From Fistulifera solaris (Eukaryota), in the NCBI GenBank assembly GCA_030295235.1, contig AP026139.1:372001-436000 (forward strand): a DNA stretch of 64,000 nt, in the 5' to 3' direction. Under the pieces are notes generated by a model. It saw only the letters and a program-made list of their open reading frames with translations, had not been told where the DNA came from and ran no database searches. Position numbers and translations under genes: made by a program. This document shows positions 40,184 to 52,632 of the stretch, one piece after another (position 1 is the stretch's first letter; each line of letters opens with the position of its first letter).

Positions 40184-41265
40184 TCAAATTCTTCTAAAGT
40201 AGTCTTATGTCTAATAGGTGCCCAATGTGATTATTCTGCCAGATATGTGCTCCCTCAACCCAACTGACTTGCTGCACAACACCTGATAACTTGTTTTTGA
40301 TGGCCAACGATTGAATGCAAAGCCATCAGTTTCGCCTGTCGTATGACCCGTCGAGTTGTGGAACGGAGACGACAAAAAAAGTTGAGAGAATTGTTGGAAC
40401 TCTCATTTCGTTGTGTTTGGAAAGAGCTGCTTTTTGCTTGAAGAGGATCGGATAGCTAGCTCTTTCCGACGTACAGGTAGTGTCGTCAATGGCTTCATGC
40501 TTTTCCCACGATAAGTTATTTTTTCCGTCCTGGCTATAATGACAACCTACTTTTCGATTACAGAGTACTTCATTCTTGTTGGAATAAATGAATATATTGG
40601 GGTCTTTTAATACAGAGTCTAGACAATCACAAAGATCTCCATGATGAATGATGAACTATTCTCAGAAGAGAGCTATGAGGGAAAGGTGCCGGATAAGTGT
40701 TCCTGTTGATTAAGGTTAAGGAGTGTTCCTCCCAACCAACAACCGACAACCGACAACAAATCAACCTGGCTGACGGCGGACGGTCTTGATGGGTAAAGCG
40801 GTAAACCTTCAACATTTTGAAACTTTGCCTACTAAAAATGTATCGATTTGTGAGGCTAAATATTTTACTTTAAACATCTCACTTTGACGTGATTGTATAC
40901 TATATATCAAATACTGCTTAGAAAAAAGCACTGTTTGAGTGTCAGTCGAACAACGTTTCCGTTTGACGTTTTACTGTTACTACTACACACGTGGTCAACC
41001 GACAGAAAAACACCTCACACTACTCACAGCCAATGATTTTCGTAAAGAATGCAACTTGCACCAATCGGGATGGTTCACAAACTGGTGGCTGGAGGGGCTT
41101 TCTCCCTTCACACGAGAATACATTCTCCCGTTCGTGGCCATTCAAAAAAGTTTTAGTAATCGATAGAAACCTTTTATGATGAACAACTACTCATGAAGAC
41201 TTGATCGGAATTAATCAATCAATTGTAGCCATCAAAAATCTTCCGTCATCGCAACCCGCTCTGCG

Positions 41266-42214
41266 ATGGAAACGATGGACTCAGCACAAAGCAGTGAAGC
41301 AGAACATGCCGTTGTGAATCAAGTCGCGCAACCAAGCAACAACCAGCAAACAGGTCGACCTCGGTCACAATCGGTTGCCACCGCTCAGCCCAGTGTGGAA
41401 ACAGTGGTAGCCAAGTCCAAGCGCGCTGCTTCCACGCTCTGGCTTCTCCTGCATGCTCAGGTAAGCACTATTGATTCTTCGTTGTCCATCGTTTTGGCGC
41501 GAGTCGACGTCATTCTGACTGTAGTTTCAAAGAATTGTGTTTTAGGAAACACGTGTCCTTATTCCGGTTGTCAAGAAGCCAAGCGACTACACTTGCATTT
41601 GAAAACATGCCCGTCCAATTGCTCAGTCAACAAAAGTGAAGCATGTCCCACCCGTTGCAATGGCTGTGAGCAAGCACGTCAACTACTGAATCATTATCGC
41701 CGCTGTCGCGGTGAACGGGCGCGTCAAGGGTGTCGGAAAGAAAGTCAACACTGTCTCATTTGTTCCCTCGTGGCCCGCCAAGCCAAATCCATGCTCGGTA
41801 AAGACAAGATGGGTCAATCGTCGTCGTCGTCGCGTTTTAGTAGTAGTAGTAGTAGTAGCATGATCTCGGTATTCAACAAAGACATCATACTGGGCGATGC
41901 CGCCATGATGTCGGGTCCGTCTCCGAGCCTCCACACTATGCCTCCACCGCCACCGCGACGGGGTATTTTGACCCACCGTGTCGCTGACGCGAGTATTCTA
42001 ACCGACGGTCGTCCGCTGAAGTCGATCTCCTTTGCCGACGAAGCGACGCGTCCGCGATCGTCTTCGGTGGTGGAACCCAAAAAGAAATTTTGGTGAGATC
42101 CCGCAGTTTGTCCGTAGGATCCTCTCCCACCACGTGTGAAACAATTCTGGAAGAGGACGGGAGCTGTTCAGTGGATCCCATCGGGGAGTATCCTACCGAC
42201 TCTTCCATGCTATA
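41266..42214 (+). CDS. TAZ-type zinc-finger protein; intron 41461-41532; probable frameshift near 42085
   Basis: LWLLLHAQ/NC...CPYSGCQEAKRLHLHLKTC...CEQARQLLNHYRRC...CLIC, HCCC spacing of TAZ; 3' end approximate. Confidence 0.7.
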
Positions 42215-42438
42215 ATTTATTTATTTTGATTAATTTCCCTCTTATTTTTGTGCACTAAAAAATGAAGTAGTTTTATTTCATTCATTGCTACAACTAACTA
42301 CATCCATTGAGGCGTGTCCTTGTTGGCCGGATGGCTTGTGCATCATCTTTGGTACACACCTCTCGGTTACGCTCTCCCGAAACGAATGAATACCAGTATG
42401 CCTCGGGTGCCGTTTTGTTGGCATGCTTCCTCTTACTT

Positions 42439-43423
42439 TTAGGCCGTTTGATAATGCGGTTCGTGCGGTGCCAACACGACACCATCTTCAAACACGACGG
42501 TCCGAAACCCAAAATCCGGTTCGATGGCTTCCCACCACGTAAACTCGCACGGCACCGATACTTTGCGAGGAACGCCAAACAGCACGTCGTCTTGACCCAT
42601 TCTTTCTTCTTGTTCTTCGAGACTGTAATCCAAAACGAGTGTTTGTACCAATTGTCGAACATCCTCCAGTGACAAGGCGACATTACTGATTTCTTTTTGT
42701 TCCAATTCGTGATGCAATTCTTGTAACGTGTGCGGTCGTTTGCGACACGTCTGTACTAAAAAAGTACCGCAACTTGGAAATGAATTCATGATCAAATTCC
42801 AAATTACTGTACCAGACCCCTCCCGTCAATTCTTTCGAGGGTTGCAATTCGTACAACATGTACAATTTTTTGGATTTGGCGGTAACACTTTTGACGGGTT
42901 TAATGAGACGCCGACTTTCGAGTGTTTTCAATATTTTGGTCAAGGCATTTTGTTGAATATTCGTTTGGAGACGAATATCTTTCGTCCAACATCCCATTGT
43001 TTGGGTACGTTCAATGACTTGATAGACCATTCGTGCTGCCGGATCTAAACCATGGAATTGGAGGGCGACTTGATCTTCCACTAGCGTGTAATGCAATTCT
43101 TTGGCGGTCCGACTCATGACCAAGCGGGAGGTCGCCGTCAATTCATTGATAATGGGAACTAATTGGAGGTATTCATCCTCTGGGAAGTATGTTTTGAGAG
43201 TGGAATTGGAAATTCCGGCGCTCGCATATTCGCTTTGTGTCAATAAGGCAATGAAACGGTCTTTCAATGTAGAACTGGTAGTAGTTGTGGTAGTAATAAT
43301 AGTAGTAGAAGACGACGTGACGACGGTGGGTTCCGGAATCGCCAGGGCTTGTCCGGTTTTGATTTTCTTGGAGGGCGCTGCGGTGGATAATGATACAGCA
43401 GTCCGTTTTTGAGTTGGAGGCAT
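42439..43423 (-). CDS. RPC6: RNA polymerase III subunit RPC6/C34; frameshift near 42760
   Basis: GCWTKDIR..TNIQQNALTKILKTLESRRLIKPVKSV..KKLYMLYELQPSKELTGGVWY...FDHEFI. Confidence 0.88.
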
Positions 43424-43892
43424 GATTTTTAATTTGATATTGATATCACAATGAAAAGAGTGGATGGATAGAATAGTAAGGAGAAGAATTTTGTTGGAAA
43501 AGATACCAGTATCGCCAGCACGATAATAATGGGGATTGTTGGACAACAAATCAACAAATAAAGAATCAACAACATCAACAAAAAATAATACGGAGTACAA
43601 GTAATAAGGTTCGCAAGTAGTAATGTTCTGTGTGGCGGCTGGCGGAAGGACGCCGAAACGTGAACGGGGGTACCGGTACTGGTACCTGGTACCGATTAGA
43701 CATGTACATGACATGGACACTCCACGTCACTATCATGACTCATAACTTCCTCAGATATTCATGCCGACTGACGACTCAAATTTTCGACATTGCATGAGAA
43801 AAATAAATAATAAGATCGTTAAACTCTTCTTTTATACATTATCACTTTGCACCTCGAGGAGAGACGTTTCTTTTCCTTCTGGTAGTTCACTT

Positions 43893-43926
43893 CACACACA
43901 CACACTCACACACTCACACACACACT
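43893..43926 (+). repeat. (CA)n microsatellite directly upstream of the PepN start codon
   Basis: cacacacacacactcacacactcacacacacact. Confidence 0.8.
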
Positions 43927-43936
43927 CTATTGCAAC

Positions 43937-46761
43937 ATGAGATTCCCGGCATCCACCCTCACGACCGCTTTGTTGTGCATGTCTCGTTCGGCTGCCTTTG
44001 TGGTGGCCAAGAGAGGGGCTTCTGTATCGTCGGTGTGTCGTCGTTCTCTCGTGCCCTGGCAACTGCCGCACATGATGACGGTATGTCATCTTTCTACGAC
44101 CAGCACTAATAACAATCAGAATGTAGATTCTCTACCAACTTCGAAACCAATCGAAGTCTTTCGCAAAGACTATCAACCATTACCCTACAAGGTCGATACC
44201 ATTGAACTCGATATTCAGTTGGAACCTCGGAAAACGACCATTACCACCCAAATGACCATCACCAGTTCATCCCAGACCATGACGCTCGATGGTGACCGCG
44301 ACGTTATTCAATTGCAACAAGTCGAATTGAATGGAGTGCTGTTAAAAGAAGGAACCGATTATCAAGTCACGGCGTCCGCATTGACTCTCTTCCAACTTCC
44401 TCTCCATACGCCCTTTCAATTGACCACGAGAGTTACGACCATCCCCGAAGACAATACCGAATTGTCGGGACTCTATCAAGACAGTTCCGGAATGTATTGT
44501 ACCCAAATGGAAGCCATGGGATTTCGACGTTTCACCTACATGGCCGATCGTCCCGATCAAATGGCGACATTTGCGCGAGTGCGCATCGAAGCCGATGCAC
44601 ACCAGTATCCTATACTACTCAGTAATGGCAATTTGGTCGAACAAGGGTCCTGCGAAAACAATACAAACCGACATTACGCCATTTGGCAAGATCCGTTTCC
44701 GAAACCGACCTATTTGTTTGCCATGGTGGCCGGGAATCTCGGTGTCTTACAAGATTCCTACACGACAAAATCTGGACGTCACGTCGATTTGCAAATTTTT
44801 GCGGAACCGCATCAAACTCATTTACTACAATATGCCATGCAATCGCTCAAGAGAGCGATGCAATGGGATGAAGACCGATACGGGTTGGAATATGATTTGG
44901 ATTTGTACAACATTGTGGCGGTAGATTCCTTCAATATGGGTGCCATGGAAAACAAGGGATTGAATGTCTTTAACACGGCCTATGTATTGGCGGATCCGGC
45001 CACGGCGACCGACACCGATTTTGAACGGGTCGAAAGTGTCATTGGACACGAATATTTTCACAATTGGACGGGCAATCGTGTCACGTGCCGCGATTGGTTT
45101 CAGCTCACGCTCAAGGAAGGATTGACGGTCTTTCGGGACCAAGAATTCTCGGCCGATATGAACAGTGCGGCCGTGAACCGGATTGAAAATGTCCGCGCCT
45201 TGCGGGGTCGCCAATTTGCCGAAGATGCTGGACCCATGGCACATCCCATTCGTCCCGAAAGTTATATCAGTATGGATAATTTCTATACGGCCACGGTGTA
45301 TTCGAAAGGAGCCGAAGTCATACGGATGTATCAAACGATTCTCGGTGTGGAAGGTTTCAATCAAGGATTGAAACTCTATTTGGAACGTCACGATGGACAA
45401 GCGGTCACGTGTGATGATTTTCTACAAGCCATGGCGGATGCGAATCAAGACATTGATTTGACATTGTTTCGTCGATGGTATTCGACACCCGGCACTCCGG
45501 TCGTCAAGTACCGGGGAGAATGGAACGAGAATGGGACGTATCAATTGCATTTGGAGCAGGAAACCAGTGATGGGGATCCCTTGCACATTCCTGTTTCGGT
45601 GGGTTTGTTGGATCACGCCACGGGGAAGGAGGTGGTGTCGACCCAGGTTCTCAATTTGAAAGAGTCTCAACAAACCTTTACGTTTTCCGATTTGGCCGGA
45701 CCGGTCGTACCCTCCATTCTTCGTACGTTTTCGGCTCCGGTCAAGCTGGTACCTTTGGAAAAAGACAACGAATCGTCGGTATTGGCGTTCTTGGCCGCAC
45801 ACGACACGGACGGATTCAATCGTTGGGAAGCCGTACAACGATTGTACACGAGTTTGATTTTTCATCATTTGCCTTCAAAAGAAGAGTCGTCGTCCACTTG
45901 GAATTACGTCGAACAAGCCTTTGCACGTACTTTGGATACTTGCTTGGACAACAGTGATTACTCCATTTCTGCCTATGTATTGACTTTGCCTTCCGAATCG
46001 ACTTTGGCCGAAGAGATGGATGTGATTGATCCGATCGGATTGCACCAGGCTCGTTCTACCGTCAAACAGCAACTTGCTCGGCGTTTCCAATCGGTGTTGA
46101 TGGAAAAGTATTCCGCATTGACCGAGTTGTTGTCACAGACCAAGGAATTGAAATTTGATGCCACATCGATTGGTTTACGCCGTTTGCGCAACGTTTTGCT
46201 CGATTACTTGTGTTCGTTGAAAGATACTCCGGAAGAATGTGACCAGGCGGCGCAATGGGCCATGAATCACTATCAGGCCGCCACGGGCATGACGGATCAA
46301 ATGGCCGGTTTGTCTGCGTTGGTGTCCATCGACAATCCGTTCCGTCAAGATGCTTTGGATCAATTTTATCAGCAAGCCGTCGGTAATTCCTTGGTCTTGA
46401 ACAAATGGTTTACCGTTCAAGCTCTCGCTAGTACTCCGACTAGTTTGGAAACCATTCAGAAATTGTATCAGCATCCCGACTTTACCTTAAAAATCCCAAT
46501 CGCGTCCGGGCCCTCGTGGGTGCTTTCACGATGAATGCGGTAGCCTTTCATCAACCGGCCGGCTATCAGTTTTTGGGTGACGTCTTGTTGGAAGTCGATG
46601 CGTTGAATCCTCAACTCAGTAGTCGATTGGCTTCCCCACTCCTTCCATGGCGCAAATACGTGTCCGGACCGTTGATGAAGGAACAATTGGAACGACTGTT
46701 GGCGCAACCGAAGCTGAGTGATGATTTGTACGAAATTGTGAGTCGGGGATTGAAAGAATAA
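43937..46761 (+). CDS. M1 alanyl aminopeptidase N (PepN type) with probable organellar presequence; frameshift near 46490
   Basis: GAMENKG, HEYFH...LKEG, NFYTATVYSKG, N-terminal ...SRSAAF. Confidence 0.93.
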
Positions 46762-47052
46762 AAAGGGAGTATAGTTTTTAGGGTTGTAGAACACCTAGTA
46801 GAGAATTTGCTGAATCATCATTGTTGTTGTGTTGATGTTCTATTGTCCTTTTATCTAACTGAGAGGCCATCAACCCTAGATGGAACGTGCTTCTTGTCGT
46901 AGCGTTACAACTAAAACAAGGGAGACAACTATTTTTGTTGCGATGCATGTCCCTAAAACATCATTCTTTGATCTTCCTTCAACAAAAGTTTACCAGCTTT
47001 CATTCATTTACAAAGTAGTAAAATGGATTCACTGCTCTATTATTGACACAAA

Positions 47053-48479
47053 ATGCTAGTTTGGACGTTTCTGGTGGTATTCGGGTGTCTCCTGATTTGT
47101 AATAGTAGTGTCATTTTACCACAATCATCGCTGTCCTACGCCCGACAAGTACGTTGTTTGCAAGGACACGATGCTGCGGCACCATTGTATCAGTCCCAAC
47201 TTGAACATAATCCATACGATGGAACAACCGCGACACGGTTGGCCGCCAGTCCTTGGGCAGTGCAGCGTTTACAACAAATTGGTCACTTTCCAGACACCGA
47301 AATGATACGAACACTGTTGCAAGAAGCCAATTATACCAGTGCCGCCGTGAATGCTGTATTGGGGACTCATCGAGCATGTCCTTGTCCCGTGTACATCAAA
47401 CCCGCCATGGCTGGTCAAACAAATTGGACGATTACGCACGAAAAGTTGACCACACCCGTGTCCGTCTTGGTAGCACTTTTGTTGTTGGGATTGGCGGTGC
47501 CTCGCGCATCCTTGCCCGATGAGCAGCAGTGGCTAAAGACAGGTATTGTGGTTCCGTGTGACTTCGATCCGTCTTTGGTGATTGCGTATGCTTCCCTCTA
47601 TCCTTTCGATTTACCAACGGGAGAGACTCTCTATTTTGTCACGGATTGGCATCCGCACGTCTTATCGACGACGCGTTTTGTTGAAAACGAAGAACCCGTC
47701 ATGTATTTAGGACCAGATTCCTTGGCCTTGGCGCAACACTTTATTCTGACGCTCGAGGATAAAGTCGAACAGTGGTTGGATTTGTGTACTGGATCGGGCA
47801 TCCAAGCCATACTAACGGTGAAGAGACAATTGTGTCAACACGTCATTTGTGTCGATGTCAATCCCAGGGCTCTCCGCTTGGCGGCATTCAATGCCCGATT
47901 GAATCAAATCGAGGATGCGCAAATTACTTTTTTACAAAAAGATTTGTTGCAAGACGATCGTCTAGAGGGAAACTACCAAGTCATCACCGCCAATCCGCCC
48001 TTTTGCCAGTTCCACCGGACATTCCCGTCCATCGTCATGGTTGGTTCTCGTCGGGTGGTCCTTCCGGTGATGCTGTAGTGCAGGCGATTCTGCATCAAGC
48101 TCCCCATTTACTCGAACAGGGAGGGAAATTGGCCATGGTTTCGGAATTTTTTGCGACGAACGGTGTCTACACGCCGACAACATCCTTCGGACGAGCGCTC
48201 TTATTTACCAATGCCGTTCCCTTGTCAGTGACGGAATACGCGAGACGACGGGCGGATTCGGCACAAGAATATCGCATCTGGTGTGATCATTTGGCCGACT
48301 ATGACCGCATGTCTCCCGGTCTCTTGTTCTTGCACCATATCCCTCGGAAGCTATGGAAACACGTATTGGTTCCTGCCTCGTCGCAGGGATCTCTCTGGAC
48401 TCCGGGGAATACGAACGCCATTCAATTCACGCGAGAATGTTCCCAGCAATACTTGGGTTGGTTTCGATCATATAGATAG
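47053..48479 (+). CDS. Class I SAM-dependent methyltransferase (HemK/MTS-like) with N-terminal signal peptide; frameshift near 48000
   Basis: VMYLGPDSLAL, LDLCTGSGIQA, VDVNPRA, ANPPF, GGPSG. Confidence 0.8.
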
Positions 48480-48576
48480 ATTAGAAATTTTGTTCAATAA
48501 TGGTGCTACGTAAATCTGTATTACAGTCGATCCATCACAAACACACGGATTGGTTCACCGAAAATATGAGTAAGGT

Positions 48577-49422
48577 TTAGCGAAGCATGGAAAACAAAAC
48601 AGTGACTGCTTTCAGGGAATCGTGATGATTTGGTTGTTTGTCTGTCACGTGTCTCTTTTTCAGCCCTCTCACTGCTCCATTTTTTTTTATTATTTGTTCT
48701 TCTACTTCTTCTTCTTTTTTCAATAATAAGTCACGATGATAATAATCTTGTAGAATTTCTTGAGCTTCTACCGCCAAATGCCACTCGATGCGTGTTTGAT
48801 ACATACGGGTCGTCGTCGATGGTTCTTGATAATAGTAGGCTTGTACGTACTGTGCATGGGGTTGTAATAGAGCATGAATTTGTTGCAACGTGGATTGATA
48901 ATAATATTGCCAAGTCTTTGTCGTCGTCGAGACGGAATCATCTTGAATCATGGTCGACGACGAAAAGGCGGTAGCCGTGTCTTGTGCTACTTGCAACAAT
49001 TGTAAAATTAGTACTTCGGCTTGATCCAAATCGGTATAGATTGTATCGCGTTGTTGACACCGTTGTTGTAGTTCGGTCATTCGACTTTCCTTCGTCGTTG
49101 TGGGTGGTGATGATTTTGGTGATGATTGTGGTGGCTCGAGGATGGTGGTTTCGGTCGGTCGTGCCGCCATGGCCGCGAATTTGTCGCGTTTGGGTAAAGT
49201 CGGTATTGTTGCTGTTATAGTGGTGTTTGTAGTGGTGGTGGTGGTGAGTTCCTCCTCCTCCTCCTCCTCCTCCTCCTCCTCCTCATCCTCATCATTATCT
49301 TTGGTAGCCATTGGGTCATGTCGTCGTCGTCCTTCTTCCGCTTGAGCTGCCTGTTGCTGTTGTCGAGCGGCCATGGCGGCCAATTTGTCTGTCTTGCGTG
49401 GTGGTGGTGGTACATGGGACAT
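48577..49422 (-). CDS. Low-complexity protein with helical C-terminal domain, possibly Mediator Med11-like
   Basis: Start MSHVPPPP at 49422; poly-E/T; DLDQAEVLILQLLQVAQDTA...YQSTLQQIHALL helical hairpin; family call from memory only; 3' end uncertain. Confidence 0.5.
   Translation of the reverse strand: MSHVPPPPRKTDKLAAMAARQQQQAAQAEEGRRRHDPMATKDNDEDEEEEEEEEEEEELTTTTTTNTTITATIPTLPKRDKFAAMAARPTETTILEPPQSSPKSSPPTTTKESRMTELQQRCQQRDTIYTDLDQAEVLILQLLQVAQDTATAFSSSTMIQDDSVSTTTKTWQYYYQSTLQQIHALLQPHAQYVQAYYYQEPSTTTRMYQTRIEWHLAVEAQEILQDYYHRDLLLKKEEEVEEQIIKKNGAVRGLKKRHVTDKQPNHHDSLKAVTVLFSMLR
49250..49293. repeat. (CCT)n microsatellite encoding poly-Glu on the minus strand
   Basis: About 14 tcc/tca triplets. 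Confidence 0.85.
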
Positions 49423-49928
49423 TGTCAAGGAGATTGAAAATAAAGATGAAACAAAACAAACCAACCAACAAAAAGAAAGAAAGAAGAACGAAAGGTCGAA
49501 ACACACGGTTCTGGCTGACACCGAACGATGTTAAGTGAACACAGGGTCATGGTTACTGCCGTTTTCAGTTTTCATGCGTTTCCTTCTTTGTGAACTGGTG
49601 CGACATGAAACACAATCCGTTCGATGAATTCACAACGGAAAAAGAACATAATCTATATTATAATGGCATTCTTTGGGTGTGACTACTATATTGACTATTG
49701 ATCGAGAAAAATGTCCGAACGAAACGAGACAGCTTCTTTACTACTCCTCCGTAGTACTCCGGTATTAAAAAAAATTGATTTGAGAATGTGTTTCGTTTAT
49801 TTGTTTGATTTTTTCGAACCATCGATGACTCAAGCCTATGTTGTTGCCATGGAATATTCTTGTTGAATACTCACTCGTAGGCTTCATCGCACAATCATCT
49901 TGAAATAGTAATAGTAATAATAATAATA

Positions 49929-52003
49929 ATGATTAGTAATCCGCAAGATGACGAGTTACCCAAGAAAATGACGAGGAGTCCTTCTCGACAATCGCAAGCC
50001 ACCAATATACCTCTCGGCATACGAGCGAATCTGCAAATTTCTTTGCATCATAATGAAAATAATGACGACAACGACGACGACGACAACGATCCGAAGAACG
50101 ATGATGATAATGATGATAATGATGATCAACAGCCACTATTGTTATCGACAAATGTACCCGTACGACCACGAAGACGTCGTAGACGAAGGAATCATCATCC
50201 ACTATTACCGATGGAAGATCCTCCGTCATCGGCTGATTGGAGTCGGCGGATACCGTGGAACTGTTTGCGTCTGATCGGGAGACTGGTGGTATGGACCATC
50301 ATTTTGAGCTTGGTACTTGCCGTCGTTTGGCATTCGTACGAATTGCACAAACACAAGTACGTACCCGTCTACTACTAGAGAGAAAGAAAGACAGAGACTA
50401 ATAATGCCTTTTTTCTTTCATGTCTTTTTCGTTCTCACACCTCTTGTTCTTCTTCTTTTGCCAGAACGGAACCCATCAAAATTGCCTGGTTCAGTGCCGG
50501 AGCCTTTGTCTTACTCACATTCCCCATTGCCATGTACGGTATCATTATGCATTTGTCGCATTACAACCAACCGCTCACACAAATGTACATTGTCCGCATC
50601 TTGTGGATGGTCCCCATTTATTCGATTGAATCCTGGTTGGCGATGCGCTTTCATGAACACGCCATCTATATTGAGACGTTACGTGACTTTTACGAATCCT
50701 ACGTGCTCTATTCGTTCCTCCAATTTTTAATTCAAGTTTTGGGAGGAGAAGAATCTCTTATATTATTGCTCAAAGACAAATCACCGACCCGGGGATTTCA
50801 TATGTGGGGTTTACAGTTCTGTTTAAAACCGTGGATTATGGGACAACCGGTCCGTAAAACGGTCGGTCGATCGGTCAAACGCGTCCATTGGATGTCTCCT
50901 TTCTATAAACGATGCAAATTTGGAGTCTTGCAATATGTTTTACTCAAATTCCTTTCGGCGATTGTGGTCTTGTTGTTGGAATGGAAAGGTCGTTACAAAG
51001 AAGGAGACTTTTCCTGGTCCAGTGGCTATCTCTATATTTGTATTGTCACGAATTTGTCTCAATGCTGGGCTCTTTATTGCATGATTTTCTTTTATTATGC
51101 CACAAAAATGAATTGGCACCGATCCGGCCCGTGGGAAAATTTTTGTCCGTGAAGGCCTTGGTCTTTTTCACGTGGTGGCAATCGGTCGTTTTGGCGATAC
51201 TGTATCAGTGGGGAATGATCCCGGAACAGTTGGTGAATTTGGAACAAAACTATACGGAAGAAGATGCGGCCAAGGGAATTCAAGATTATTTGATATGCAT
51301 CGAAATGTTTGCGGCGGCATTGGTCCACAGCTTTGTCTTTCCGCATACCGAGTATTTGTCGCACGCTGTCCGGGCCCGGAATCGCGCATTACAACGGAAT
51401 CATCAGGGGGAGGACTCTCATCCGACGGGGAAATGGAAATCGCGACGATTGGGTCGAAGCAAATTTCGTCCTCAATCGTATTCGAGAAATTGGGTCAAAG
51501 ACGATGCCAGTAAGTCGTCGAACGGCATTGAATTGGCATCCTTTGAATCCGCGGTGGATGCCCGGTCGATTGAGACATGGGAAGACTCCTCGATGTGGCA
51601 AAATATACAACCCCAACAGGAAGAACCTCGTTCACGAACCTGCAGTTTGGAGGATCCTTGGGAATTTTCGCCGCATCAGGAAATGGACGTTCCTCGGGCG
51701 GAAGCACTGTCACCCGTGCGGGACGATTCACACCAAGTGGACGATGATGATTCGGCCAGTGAAGGCGACGATGAATACACCAGTAGTGAAGGAGATGACG
51801 GTGATGAACCGGAAAAGACTGGCTTTATTCGGGCGTTGATTGATTCGGCGATTCCGCGTGATCTCGGAGACAGTACACTGGGCATTGTGAAAGGTGATTA
51901 TCATGTCGAGAAGAAGACACTACTCAGTGTCGCCGCTACATCCGATCAATACGATCTTTTTGCAATGAAGAGACTACTACCGCGCAAAGAAATCCCGCCG
52001 TGA
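49929..52003 (+). CDS. OSTalpha/TMEM184/LAZ1 family transporter, paralogue 1; intron 50357-50464; frameshift near 51105
   Basis: YIVRILWMVPIYSIESW, LRDFYESYVLYSF, GVLQYV, KFLSVKALVFFTWWQ, QDYLICIEMF. Confidence 0.9.
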
Positions 52004-52632
52004 ATCAGGAGTATTATGAGAGGAGTGTCTTAGTCTATGTTGTCGGACAAACGATGGATGTCTAGAAAATTTTATCTCGCGAGGCAATACACACCTACAG
52101 TCGATGCGGCCGGCTAGGCGGAATGTACGCAGTTCAGCTAGACGCCATCGACCATAATCATCCGATCATGTAGCGATGGTCACAAACCTATACCTGCACG
52201 TGACAAGCCATCGTTAATGTCGATGCCTCAACCGTTGTTGTAATAGCCAGCAACGCACAAAACAGGAACCTAATCGACGTTTTGTTGAGTATGATTTAAT
52301 CAACAGCGGATTGAAGCACATTAACTATGACGTATTTTTGACCTATCTTGGCTAGAGGGCGGAGTGGATGTTTTTGTAGTTTCTTGGCAAAAAAATGAAG
52401 GAGGTCAACTCGGAACGTGCCAGGTGTGATTGTTTGGATTTTTTCGTCCCTAGCCCGATCCATTGTATCGTGCGCGCGCGGCTGGTTTCGCGTTGCCGTC
52501 CATAAAATTTGCCCTCGACAACAACAACACGTGATTTAATTTGAGTTTCATTGTTTACGAGAATAATTCCTCGGTTGGTGTTAAATGAAGTGACACAATC
52601 TCATCTAATTCAGTTAAATTGCGAACAGTATT

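Noticed and set aside
33525..46474. Long antisense ORFs (e.g. 33525-34142, 44825-45400)
   Set aside because: Shadows of codon-biased sense genes with no recognisable motifs
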